Source: Caminicella sporogenes DSM 14501 (GTDB taxonomy: Bacteria > Bacillota > Clostridia > Peptostreptococcales > Caminicellaceae). From it: a stretch of 24,000 bases of DNA. Under the pieces are notes generated by a model that had not been told where the DNA came from, did not search any database, and worked only from the letters and a program-made list of their open reading frames with translations. Numbering within the stretch: position 1 is the first letter of the stretch; each line of letters opens with the position of its first letter. Positions 16,094 to 24,000 of the stretch are shown here, one piece after another. The stretch lies in assembly GCF_900142285.1 (NCBI RefSeq), contig NZ_FRAJ01000003.1, positions 233,262 through 257,261 of the forward strand. Direction: 5' to 3'. The translations under genes and the position numbers were made by a program.

Positions 16094-16101
16094 ATTATCA
16101 C

Positions 16102-17292
16102 CTACCTAATCATAGCAGTAATATTAGCTGCCCCTATAATTGCTGTAACACCTATAAAAAATATTATTGTTACCGAAATTACTGTTGCAAATAAAACTGT
16201 AACTGCACTGCTCATATCATTTAAACAATTTACTATCTTACTATCAGAAATAGGTTCTACTAAAGCTGCAGCTATTTTATAAATTATCATAATTGACACT
16301 ATCTTAAAGATAGGATAAGAAACTATTATAAGTAATAATATCAATCCTACAGCTCCTACTGCATTTTTAAGTAATAAAGAACATCCTAATACCGTATCTA
16401 CAGCTTCAGACATAAAACCTCCGACTATAGGAATGAAACTGTCCACAGCAAATTTTGCTGTTCTCATTGCAATTCCATCAGATGTAGAAGTTACAACTCC
16501 TTGAATAGACATTATTCCCAAAAATACTGTTAAAATTAATCCTATTAACGCTATACAGCCCTGTTTAATTAACGATGATAATTTTGAAATCTGCACTTTA
16601 GATGTAAAATTATTTATTATCGATAAAATTGCTGTAAATAATACTAAAGGAATTACTACATCTTTCATTGTTGTACTTGTTATACCTATTGAAGCAACAA
16701 TAATAGGTTTAAAAATTGCAGATGTAGTCAAACTTCCAGCGGCTACCAATAAAGTTAACAGCACAGGAATCAACGCCTGCATAAAACTTACCATGTTATC
16801 TATGGCTACTTGTCCAACATGCATAGCTACCATAAAACTCTTTACTGCTAAGCCCATAATAATTAAATAACATCCATAAAAAGCTATTTCTCCAGATATA
16901 CTACCGCCGAAAGAATTACTTAAATTTTTAAGTAGTGCACATAGTATAGATATAAATATCAACTGTGCTAATAGTCTAGAATTTATTACTATTTCCTTAA
17001 AAAGTAATTTTATTATATTTTTTATTATTTCATTTAACTGATACCGAGTATTTCCTTTCAGCATTGAAATTATCATGGATTTAATATTTATGTTTGGAAT
17101 TTTTATTTCTTCATTTTTACTCATATTTTCAATAAGTCCTTCTATCTCTGAAATATCAAGTGCCTTTATTTGTTCTAAAATTACTTTATCTGTTAAATTA
17201 TTCAAATCAGCTTCACCTTCATAACAGTAAACTACTTTAAATTTCAAAACAAAAATTGCTAATATGAGTAAAATTAATATTGATTTTTTCAT
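16102..17292 (-). CDS. spoIIIAE: Stage III sporulation protein AE (polytopic permease-like)
   Basis: The 396-aa ORF has a signal/TM segment followed by multiple TM segments. Conserved stretches include DSFIPIVGGFMSEAVDTVLGCS. Confidence 0.9.
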   Translation of the reverse strand: MKKSILILLILAIFVLKFKVVYCYEGEADLNNLTDKVILEQIKALDISEIEGLIENMSKNEEIKIPNINIKSMIISMLKGNTRYQLNEIIKNIIKLLFKEIVINSRLLAQLIFISILCALLKNLSNSFGGSISGEIAFYGCYLIIMGLAVKSFMVAMHVGQVAIDNMVSFMQALIPVLLTLLVAAGSLTTSAIFKPIIVASIGITSTTMKDVVIPLVLFTAILSIINNFTSKVQISKLSSLIKQGCIALIGLILTVFLGIMSIQGVVTSTSDGIAMRTAKFAVDSFIPIVGGFMSEAVDTVLGCSLLLKNAVGAVGLILLLIIVSYPIFKIVSIMIIYKIAAALVEPISDSKIVNCLNDMSSAVTVLFATVISVTIIFFIGVTAIIGAANITAMIR

Positions 17293-17303
17293 TTCTTCAC
17301 TTC

Positions 17304-17690
17304 CTATAACATCAATTTTGTAATTAAATTAAAAACAGATAATAATATAGGCAGTGCTAAAACCATTATAATTATTTTGCCTCCTAACTCTACCTTAAAA
17401 GCAATAGCTTCTTCTCCTGAATCTCTGCAAATCTGTGCTCCAAATTCTGAAATATATGCTATTCCAATTATTTTGAAAATAGATTTGACGTATACTAAAT
17501 CTATTTCAAGCTTATCAGTTAACTGATTTATTACTTCAAATACTGAAACCAATTTACCTGCAATCATTAAAAAAATCATCACTCCAGCAGCTATACTAAT
17601 ATGTACCCCATACTCAGGTTTATATTGTTTAACAATTATTGTTAAAATAGTTGCTATAATTCCAAGTCCAACTATCTTGAATATTTCCAT
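17304..17690 (-). CDS. spoIIIAD: Stage III sporulation protein AD
   Basis: The 128-aa membrane protein reads MEIFKIVGLGIIATILTIIVKQ...IGIAYISEFGAQICRDSGEEAIAFKVELGGKI. Confidence 0.9.
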   Translation of the reverse strand: MEIFKIVGLGIIATILTIIVKQYKPEYGVHISIAAGVMIFLMIAGKLVSVFEVINQLTDKLEIDLVYVKSIFKIIGIAYISEFGAQICRDSGEEAIAFKVELGGKIIIMVLALPILLSVFNLITKLML

Positions 17691-17704
17691 ATAATCACAC
17701 CTTT

Positions 17705-17908
17705 TTAATAAATTTCAAACATAGTTTTAACTGTACTAAATAAATTGTTTATTATGTTAATAATCATAAAAAGTACTATTATCAAACCGGTAATTGTAGT
17801 CATCATAGCCATTTCTTCTCTTCCAGAATGTTTTAGTACCATATTTAGTACCGAAACTAATATACCTATTGCTGCTATTTTAAATATCATATTTATATCT
17901 AATGCCAT
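17705..17908 (-). CDS. spoIIIAC: Stage III sporulation protein AC
   Basis: The 67-aa two-TM protein reads IFKIAAIGILVSVLNMVLKHSGREEMAMMTTITGLIIVL. A GGGGGGA RBS is present. Confidence 0.9.
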   Translation of the reverse strand: MALDINMIFKIAAIGILVSVLNMVLKHSGREEMAMMTTITGLIIVLFMIINIINNLFSTVKTMFEIY

Positions 17909-17923
17909 TTTTATCCCCCCAAA

Positions 17924-18442
17924 TTAAATTAATATCACTATTAACGCCAATCCCAATATAACTCCTAACTTACTATACATTTTTCCATTTTTATTTTGCT
18001 GATACATAGCCTTTTTTTTCTGTTCTTCCAATAAATCTCTAATAAAATTAAAATGTTTTTTCTGGACTTCTTTGCTTACAACCCCTAAATCTTTACCAAA
18101 ATTTATTATTATTTCTATATCCTCTCTATTAAAATTCGTTTTACTTTTAAATTTCAACACACTTATCTTCCAAGCTTCATCTATTCTATATCCTTCTTTA
18201 CTGTTTAATAACTTGGATACTTCTTTAAAAATTTTTGAAGTATTGCCATTACACAATTTAGCTATCTTCTCCATAGCTAAAGGAAGTGAAGTAGAATAGT
18301 AAATAATTTCACTTTCCAATCTATTTAATGCACTTTGAATATCGTTTAAATCTCTAATTCTAAAACTATACCCTAAAGAAATAAGATAACCTATTGCAGA
18401 TGAAGAAAATAATAAAATACTGCATAGAAAAATCTTAATCAT
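17924..18442 (-). CDS. spoIIIAB: Stage III sporulation protein AB
   Basis: The protein has an N-terminal TM segment, a GspF-like cytoplasmic domain and a C-terminal TM segment. I place the start at ATG 18442 (MIKIFLCSILL), which overlaps the spoIIIAA stop as ATGATTAA. The ORF-track start at 18475 is unlikely. Confidence 0.85.
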   Translation of the reverse strand: MIKIFLCSILLFSSSAIGYLISLGYSFRIRDLNDIQSALNRLESEIIYYSTSLPLAMEKIAKLCNGNTSKIFKEVSKLLNSKEGYRIDEAWKISVLKFKSKTNFNREDIEIIINFGKDLGVVSKEVQKKHFNFIRDLLEEQKKKAMYQQNKNGKMYSKLGVILGLALIVILI

Positions 18443-19499
18443 AATCTGTTTCACTCCTATCGTATAGGAGTACATCGTTAAGAATTTTATTATTTTTACA
18501 ATCTATTATTTTTCTTACTGTTCCTACTTTTGGCTTATTTGACAAAATTATTACCCTCTCAAATACCTTATTCTTTATTAATTTAGAAATATTTTCTCTC
18601 CTGCAAACTTCTTCAAGACTACTGCCATGAATAGTCGTTATAAACTTCACTCCAGCATTCATTGCTTCTTTAAGTGCATAAATATCATCATCTCTACCAA
18701 TTTCATCAGTTACTATTACTTTTGGAGACATAGACCTTATGAGCATTATCATTCCTTCTGCCTTTGGACAACTATCAAGTATATCTGTCCTAATTCCTAT
18801 ATCATTTTGAGGTACACCATTATAACATCCTCCTATTTCAGACCTTTCATCTACAACTCCTACATTAATCCCTTTAAAATTCAAATCAGCTACACCATTA
18901 CTTATAAGTCTTACAATATCTCTTAAAAGTGTTGTCTTACCACATTGAGGCGGAGAAATAATAAGTGTATTATAAATAGAATTTTGCGACTTGATAATAT
19001 ATCTAATTACTTTTTTAGCACATCCAATTTTTTCTTTTGAAAATCTTATATTTAAACCCGATATATCTTTTAATGTTTTTACTCTTTTTTTTTCTATAAT
19101 TGTCTTTCCACATATTCCAACTCTATGTCCACCTTTTATAGTAATAAAACCATTTCTTATTTCTTCTTCAAGAGCATAGGCTGAATAATCAGTAACCAAT
19201 TGAAAACACGTTTCAATATCAAGTTTGTTAACCATAATAATATTATGTTTATTTTTTGTTATAATACCTGTATCAGTAACAAAATAATCTTCTCCACTGA
19301 CATTAATAATTAAAGGTCTGTTCACTCTCAATCTAATTTCTTCTACATTTTTAATAGTATTTGAAGAAATTTTCATAAGTATTTTTCGCAGCCTTACAGG
19401 AAGTATTGATAAAACTTCATTAAAATTTAACTCTTCAATTTTCTTTTCCATATGTTTTATTCCTATAAAGCTATTATTTTTTTCTTTATGTTTTTCCAT
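18435..19499 (-). CDS. spoIIIAA: Stage III sporulation protein AA (secretion-type ATPase)
   Basis: The ORF has a Walker A motif (SPPQCGKTTLLRD) and a Walker B-like motif (KVIVTDEIG). A strong RBS, AAAGGAGGG, lies 7 nt upstream of the ATG. It is the first gene of the eight-gene spoIIIA array. Confidence 0.9.
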   Translation of the reverse strand: MEKHKEKNNSFIGIKHMEKKIEELNFNEVLSILPVRLRKILMKISSNTIKNVEEIRLRVNRPLIINVSGEDYFVTDTGIITKNKHNIIMVNKLDIETCFQLVTDYSAYALEEEIRNGFITIKGGHRVGICGKTIIEKKRVKTLKDISGLNIRFSKEKIGCAKKVIRYIIKSQNSIYNTLIISPPQCGKTTLLRDIVRLISNGVADLNFKGINVGVVDERSEIGGCYNGVPQNDIGIRTDILDSCPKAEGMIMLIRSMSPKVIVTDEIGRDDDIYALKEAMNAGVKFITTIHGSSLEEVCRRENISKLIKNKVFERVIILSNKPKVGTVRKIIDCKNNKILNDVLLYDRSETDYD

Positions 19500-19562
19500 A
19501 ACATGTCCCTCCTTTGTATAAAATAATATTTCTTTAAAGCTAAATTTATGATATTTTTTTTC

Positions 19563-19597
19563 AAAAAAAAAGAAAAACCTGATACTTTTGTATCAGG
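19563..19597 (-). terminator. Rho-independent terminator upstream of spoIIIA
   Basis: The minus strand reads CCTGATAC-AAAA-GTATCAGG followed by TTTTTCTTTTTTTT. It begins 20 nt after the stop of the acidic zinc-ribbon gene. Confidence 0.75.
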
Positions 19598-19617
19598 CTT
19601 AATCTATACATGCCGTT

Positions 19618-20031
19618 TTATTCTTCATCGTCATCATTATCAAAACTGCAGCAATCACAGTCTTCAGATAAATAAATCTTTTCATTACAATTTGGACAAG
19701 TAATCTCTACTTCGTCACAATCATCAAATAAATCATCTTCAACATAAATTTCTTCACCACATGTAGGACATTCTATCATTTCAAAATCATCATCTAACTC
19801 TTCATATTCTTCATAATAGTCATCTTCTAAATCTGCTAAATCTTCATCTATGGCTTCAACATATTCATCTATTTCTTCAATTTCATCATCTATGTATTCT
19901 ATTGCATCTGCAAAGTCTTCCAATACATCTATTATGTAACCTAAAAGCTTCCCTTCCTTTGAATTTAAATCCAATTCCATTCCTTCTGCTAAGCCTCTTA
20001 AATATGCAACTCTTTCACTTAAATAACTCAT
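19618..20031 (-). CDS. Highly acidic zinc-ribbon protein of unknown function (resembles the clostridial CD1247-type N-terminal domain family)
   Basis: The 137-aa ORF has a helical N-terminus (LSERVAYLRGLAEGMELD...LLGYIIDVLEDFADAI) and a long Asp/Glu-rich tract. The Cys pairs CPTCGEE and CPNCNEK are followed by CDCC. The family name is recalled from memory, not searched. Confidence 0.6.
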   Translation of the reverse strand: MSYLSERVAYLRGLAEGMELDLNSKEGKLLGYIIDVLEDFADAIEYIDDEIEEIDEYVEAIDEDLADLEDDYYEEYEELDDDFEMIECPTCGEEIYVEDDLFDDCDEVEITCPNCNEKIYLSEDCDCCSFDNDDDEE

Positions 20032-20076
20032 ATAAATCCTCCTTTATTTATTAAATTTACTTTTATATTATTCCCA

Positions 20077-20634
20077 TTAAGCTCTAGATAAATACTCCCC
20101 AGTTCTTGTGTCTACTTTTACCTTATCGCCTTCATTTACAAACAATGGAACTTGTACTTCTGCACCTGTTTCTAACTTTGCACGTTTAGTAACATTTGTA
20201 GCAGTATCACCTTTTACTCCCGGTTCTGTTTCAACTACAACTAATTCAACAAAGTTAGGAGGATCTACTTGGAAGCATTTACCTTTATAAAACTTAAGAG
20301 TTGCATTATCATTTTCTTTTATATACTTTATTGCATCTTCTACTTGTTCAAAAGTAAGTGGAATTTGTTCATATGTTTCATTATCCATAAAGTAGTAAAA
20401 TTCTCCATCTGTATATAGATATTGCATCTCTTTAGTTTCTATATGTGCTCTAGGAAATTTATCATTTGGATTAAAAGCTTGCTCTCTTATAGTACCTGAA
20501 ATTAAGCTCTTATATTTTGTTCTAACAAAAGCAGCTCCTTTTCCAGGTTTTACATGTTGAAAATCAACAACTACAAAAGGTTCTCCATTAATTTCAAAAG
20601 TAACTCCTTTTCTGAAATCTCCTGCTGAAATCAT
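20077..20634 (-). CDS. efp: Translation elongation factor P
   Basis: The protein reads [43 protein letters not shown] place the start at ATG 20634, 7 nt after GGAGGG. The ORF-track start at 20649 adds 5 residues that are probably not translated. Confidence 0.95.
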   Translation of the reverse strand: MISAGDFRKGVTFEINGEPFVVVDFQHVKPGKGAAFVRTKYKSLISGTIREQAFNPNDKFPRAHIETKEMQYLYTDGEFYYFMDNETYEQIPLTFEQVEDAIKYIKENDNATLKFYKGKCFQVDPPNFVELVVVETEPGVKGDTATNVTKRAKLETGAEVQVPLFVNEGDKVKVDTRTGEYLSRA

Positions 20635-20702
20635 TACATATCCCTCCATATTTTTTCTTTCTAACTTTTCTTACTTGTACCTTATTAAATAAAATTTTTA
20701 GT

Positions 20703-21764
20703 TTAAATTTCAATTAAATCCTTTGGTGATTTAGATAATAATTCACATCCATCTTTTTTTACAACAACTAAATCCTCTATTCTAACACCACCAAAGTCAG
20801 GAATATATATACCAGGCTCATCAGTAACTACCATATTTTCCTCTAGAGTATCTTTACCAAGTGGAGATAATCTAGGATTTTCATGAACTTCAAGACCTAC
20901 TCCATGACCAAGTCCATGACCAAAATATTCTCCATATCCCTTATTGGTAATAATATCTCTAGCAATTTTATCTACTTCAAAGCCTGTTATCCCAGCTCTA
21001 ATGTTTTCTAGCGCAGCTTTTTGAGCTTGTAAAACTATTTCATATATTTCTCTTTGTCTTTCTGTTGCTTTTCCAATTACAACAGTCCTTGTCATATCAG
21101 AACAATAACCATTATATACACACCCAAAATCTAAAGTAACAAAATCGCCTTTTTCTATAATTTTTTGTGAAGCAACACCATGTGGAAGTGCTGAACGTTT
21201 ACCAGATGCAACTATGCTTTCAAAAGAAGTACCTGATGCACCTTGTCTTTTCATGAAATTTTCTAATTCCAAGGATATTTCCCATTCAGTAATTCCGGGT
21301 TTTAATACTGAACAAATATGCTTAAAAGCCATATCGGCAATACTAGCTGCTTTTCTAATATTTTCAATCTCATCTTCTGTTTTAATTTTTCTCAAATCAT
21401 TTATGATACCATTTAATGGTACTAATTCAATATTATTTAGTTTTTCTTCAAATTCTCTATACTGTAAAAAAGTAACAAAATCTTCTTCAAATCCTAACTT
21501 TTTAATCTGCAGATTATTTAAAATATCATATAAAGATTTTTCATTCGAATGTTTTATTATTTCAAAACCTTTACACTGTTTTGAGGCCTGCTCTACGTAT
21601 CTAAAATCAGTAATAAATATATTTCTATCTCTAGTTATTACAACATATCCAGCTGTTCCAGTAAATCCACTTAAATATCTTCTATTTTGAGGCTTATATA
21701 CAACTGCAGCATCTAATCCTTTTTCAATAATCTTTTTTCTAAAATTATTAACTTTATTATTCAT
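20703..21764 (-). CDS. Xaa-Pro aminopeptidase/dipeptidase (M24B)
   Basis: M24 metal-ligand motifs are present: DFGCVYNGYCSDMTRT, HGLGHGVGLEVHE, EPGIY and VRIEDLV. The likely start is the second ATG at 21764, 7 nt after AGGAGG. The position upstream of efp matches B. subtilis yqhT. Confidence 0.9.
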   Translation of the reverse strand: MNNKVNNFRKKIIEKGLDAAVVYKPQNRRYLSGFTGTAGYVVITRDRNIFITDFRYVEQASKQCKGFEIIKHSNEKSLYDILNNLQIKKLGFEEDFVTFLQYREFEEKLNNIELVPLNGIINDLRKIKTEDEIENIRKAASIADMAFKHICSVLKPGITEWEISLELENFMKRQGASGTSFESIVASGKRSALPHGVASQKIIEKGDFVTLDFGCVYNGYCSDMTRTVVIGKATERQREIYEIVLQAQKAALENIRAGITGFEVDKIARDIITNKGYGEYFGHGLGHGVGLEVHENPRLSPLGKDTLEENMVVTDEPGIYIPDFGGVRIEDLVVVKKDGCELLSKSPKDLIEI

Positions 21765-22230
21765 TTTCATACCTCCTATTTAACATTTCATGTAGAGCAA
21801 ATAATGCTAAAATATACCCATATTCTTTAAAACCGCTGATTTGCCCTACACAAACTGGAGCTATAACAGACTTAGTCCTAAACTCTTCTCTATTATAAAT
21901 ATTGGATAAATGAACTTCGACAGTAGGTATCTCAACAGAAGCAATTGCATCTCTTATAGCTATACTATAATGGGTATATGCTCCGGGATTTATAATAATA
22001 CCTCTGTAAACTCCATACGCTTCATGTATTTTATCTATTATCTGTCCTTCACAATTTGATTGAAAAAAAGAAATTTCAAAATTTAAATTTTCTGCTTCCC
22101 TTTTTAAAATATTATTTATATATTCCAAAGTTTTTTGTCCATAAAGTTTTGTATCTCTTATACCCAATAGATTTAAATTTGGACCATTTAAAACTAATAT
22201 TTTAGCTTTTTTCATTACTATTTTCCACAT
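21757..22230 (-). CDS. aroQ: Type II 3-dehydroquinate dehydratase
   Basis: The protein reads ILVLNGPNLNLLGIRDTKLYG...IIINPGAYTHYSIAIRDA...VEVHLSNIYNREEFR. An alternative start is ATG 22215 (MKKAKILVL). Confidence 0.9.
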   Translation of the reverse strand: MWKIVMKKAKILVLNGPNLNLLGIRDTKLYGQKTLEYINNILKREAENLNFEISFFQSNCEGQIIDKIHEAYGVYRGIIINPGAYTHYSIAIRDAIASVEIPTVEVHLSNIYNREEFRTKSVIAPVCVGQISGFKEYGYILALFALHEMLNRRYENE

Positions 22231-22350
22231 CCTACTAAAAAATTACATAATAATAATACCACAAAAAAATAAATTTGAATATAATTTTATTCTAAATATA
22301 TCAGCTGCAATATATAAAATTGCAAATCTTTCACTTCATTTTTTATACTT

Positions 22351-22872
22351 TTATAACTTTTTAGAATTATAAATTTCCATTATCTTAACTGCAACTTCAT
22401 TGGAAGATAAAAAATCAATATTTATATCAAAATCTGATGCTCTTTTATAAAGTTCTCTTCTCTCTTCAAGTAGTAATTTGATTTTTTCATAATAATTATC
22501 ACAATTTAGCAAAGGTCTTTTATGAATTTCACTTTCTAAATTTTCTTTTATTTTTGATACACTGCCATTTAAGTGAAAAATTAAACCTTTCTTCTTTAAA
22601 TTTAAAATATTTCTTTCATCTTTTACAACTCCACCACCTGTAGCTATAACACACCCGTCTAACTTAGATATCTCTTCTATCACAATTTTTTCTAAATTTC
22701 TAAAATATTCTTCACCATATTTTTCAAATATTTTATTTATAGACATCCCGGTTTTCCTAATTATTTCATCATCAGAATCAATAAATTTCATATTAAATTT
22801 TTTAGCCAATAATCTTCCTACTGTAGTTTTACCTGTACCCATAAACCCAATTAAAACTATATTTTCTCTCAT
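22351..22872 (-). CDS. aroK: Shikimate kinase
   Basis: The 173-aa ORF has a P-loop (LIGFMGTGKTTVGRLLA), DSDDEI and ATGGGVV. Confidence 0.9.
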   Translation of the reverse strand: MRENIVLIGFMGTGKTTVGRLLAKKFNMKFIDSDDEIIRKTGMSINKIFEKYGEEYFRNLEKIVIEEISKLDGCVIATGGGVVKDERNILNLKKKGLIFHLNGSVSKIKENLESEIHKRPLLNCDNYYEKIKLLLEERRELYKRASDFDINIDFLSSNEVAVKIMEIYNSKKL

Positions 22873-22881
22873 TATCTCACC

Positions 22882-23151
22882 TTAATGTCTAGGATTTTTA
22901 GATACTATATCTATTGCATTAATAAGAGCCTTCATAACATCTACACAAAATTGCATATCCATTTCATAAACTTTTTCATAAAGTCTTCCTTTTTCACTGA
23001 CAATATAATGCGGTTTTAAATTATTAAGAGCTATAGCTTTAATATCCATTTGACACTTTTCACATTTACATATGTCTTCAAAACCACTCAATAGCTCAGG
23101 TAATATACGGTCAATAACTACTTCCATATAATTTTTGAGAAAAACTTTCAT
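22882..23151 (-). CDS. ComFB-family (late competence development protein ComFB-like) small protein
   Basis: The 89-aa ORF reads NYMEVVIDRILPELL...ICKCEKCQMDIKAIALNNLKPHY, the Cys cluster and ALN-L-P-Y pattern typical of ComFB. It lies directly after the pseudopilin genes. The RBS is AGGGGA. Confidence 0.72.
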   Translation of the reverse strand: MKVFLKNYMEVVIDRILPELLSGFEDICKCEKCQMDIKAIALNNLKPHYIVSEKGRLYEKVYEMDMQFCVDVMKALINAIDIVSKNPRH

Positions 23152-23163
23152 GCTATTATCCCC

Positions 23164-23739
23164 CTAATTTTCTTTTTTCCAATTTCTAAAATATACTTGA
23201 TTTGTAAGTGTTATTTCTTCACTACCAACACTGCTGGTAATAAATATTTTTATACCTCTAACTTTTTCAAGTTCTGTCTTATCTCCCCCTATGAGTTCTA
23301 TTTTAAAATCCTTTATGCCAACAGCATATTGATTTGTATTAAATTTATCTTTTTTATAATAATCTTTAATATCAAAACCCAAAGGAATTTCTAATTTTGA
23401 TGTTCGATATAGTTTATCTTCCTTATATTCATACTTTATGTAGACATCTCTTTCTTCATCATATATTTTGAAAACTAATGTTTTAACCGGATATTTATTC
23501 CCTATCCTATTTCCCAAATCCGCTACTACTAATGCTTCTGCTTCCATTATATTTTCTACTAATTCATTCATTGCAATTTGAGCTTGATATTGAGCTTCTA
23601 TTTGATTATCACTTTTTATAAATGTTTTATAATTAGACAGAAAAAAAGAAAAAACAGCAGATAAAATTATTCCCATTATTGCTATTGATATTAAAACTTC
23701 AACCAATGTAAATCCATGCTTATTATTCAAATATTTCAC
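23164..23739 (-). CDS. Prepilin-type N-terminal cleavage/methylation domain protein (minor pilin or pseudopilin)
   Basis: The N-terminus MKYLNNKHG/FTLVEVLISIAIMGIILSAVFSF has a class III signal: Gly-Phe cleavage site, Glu at +5 and a hydrophobic helix. The GTG start overlaps the stop of the upstream gene. Confidence 0.75.
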   Translation of the reverse strand: MKYLNNKHGFTLVEVLISIAIMGIILSAVFSFFLSNYKTFIKSDNQIEAQYQAQIAMNELVENIMEAEALVVADLGNRIGNKYPVKTLVFKIYDEERDVYIKYEYKEDKLYRTSKLEIPLGFDIKDYYKKDKFNTNQYAVGIKDFKIELIGGDKTELEKVRGIKIFITSSVGSEEITLTNQVYFRNWKKEN

Positions 23740-24000
23740 CTTTTAACAGCACCCTTCCAGTAACAGGAATGATTGTTATTTCCATATATTTACCTGTATT
23801 TATGTCTTTTATTCTAACCGTTCCAGCATAGCTCGGCGTACCGTTATGATTAAAATGTATAATAGAATAATCTAAAGCACCATCATCAAAGTTATCTAAC
23901 AATATCAAATTTGAATCTAAATACTCTGTTTTAAGTGTAGCTATGCCTCTTTTTACAGAATAACGGTCTTTTTTTATTACTATATAATAAAGACTGTCTT
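23723..24000 (-). CDS. C-terminal part of a further pilus-operon protein (probable GspH/FimT-like pseudopilin); 5' end outside the window
   Basis: I checked that the frame stays open from 23908 to the window edge (...DSLYYIVIKKDRYSVKRGIATLKTEYLDSNLILLDNFDDG...). The 61-aa ORF-track entry is therefore a truncation. The function is inferred only from the neighbourhood and the beta-rich C-terminus. Confidence 0.45.
   Translation of the reverse strand, partial: DSLYYIVIKKDRYSVKRGIATLKTEYLDSNLILLDNFDDGALDYSIIHFNHNGTPSYAGTVRIKDINTGKYMEITIIPVTGRVLLKGEIFE

Noticed and set aside
19500-19562. SigE-type promoter for spoIIIAA
   Set aside because: Only weak matches were found. TCATAAA, then 14 nt, then AATATTAT matches 5 of 8 positions in the -10 element. 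TATACAAA is too close to the RBS. A mother-cell promoter is expected here, but the sequence does not let me place it.
3898-20649. Longer N-terminal extensions given by the ORF track for recN (3903), ispA (9915), spoIIIAB (18475), efp (20649) and, slightly beyond this span, pepP (21770)
   Set aside because: In each case an internal ATG sits 6-11 nt after a GGAGG-type RBS and yields the canonical family N-terminus (MLLELSI, MDFKTLL, MIKIFL, MISAGDF, MNNKV). The longest-ORF start abuts or precedes the RBS.
338-23394. About 25 plus-strand ORFs of 60-158 aa in the ORF track (for example 1229-1718, 2531-2911, 4769-5101, 7384-7752, 13112-13504, 21214-21690)
   Set aside because: All are nested antisense within minus-strand genes that carry unmistakable family motifs. 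They are Ile/Phe/Ser/Leu-rich low-complexity translations, typical of the reverse strand of AT-rich coding DNA, and they lack an RBS.
1-24000. CRISPR arrays, tandem repeats, tRNA/rRNA genes, IS elements, prophage or defence-system genes, and riboswitch or T-box leaders
   Set aside because: None were seen. Apart from the RNA island, all intergenic gaps are under 180 nt and AT-rich. They contain at most a single terminator or promoter-like element, and every ORF belongs to a recognisable core housekeeping, sporulation or pilus family.

Overview
The window is low-G+C DNA from an endospore-forming Firmicute, most likely a Clostridia-type organism; I cannot name the species. Every credible gene lies on the minus strand. 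In minus-strand (transcription) order they are: type IV pilus pseudopilin genes, comFB-like, aroK, aroQ, an Xaa-Pro aminopeptidase, efp, an acidic zinc-ribbon protein, spoIIIAA-AH, asp23, nusB, a TsaD/Kae1-like paralogue, folD, xseA, xseB, ispA, a DUF212/YuiD membrane protein, a noncoding island of about 0.6 kb, a small 4-TM protein, dxs, tlyA, argR, recN, spoIVB and the 5' part of spo0A. This matches the Bacillus subtilis spoIIIA-to-spo0A region, but accBC is absent and a few genes are added. The only stretch that protein genes do not explain is 7.9-8.5 kb. It is clearly more G+C-rich than its surroundings, has no credible ORF, and is packed with helices, including a 9-bp long-range helix that closes about 570 nt. 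It ends in a minus-strand intrinsic terminator and sits between ispA and a 4-TM gene followed by dxs. I interpret it as an OLE (ornate, large, extremophilic) class ncRNA with its partner gene oapA. This class is already described, but its biochemical function is unresolved. I found no defence system, mobile element, CRISPR array or other accessory content. The remaining findings are regulatory sites (a SigH-type promoter with a 0A box at spo0A, and terminators) and poorly understood conserved genes. All calls come from reading the sequence and translations by eye; no searches were run.
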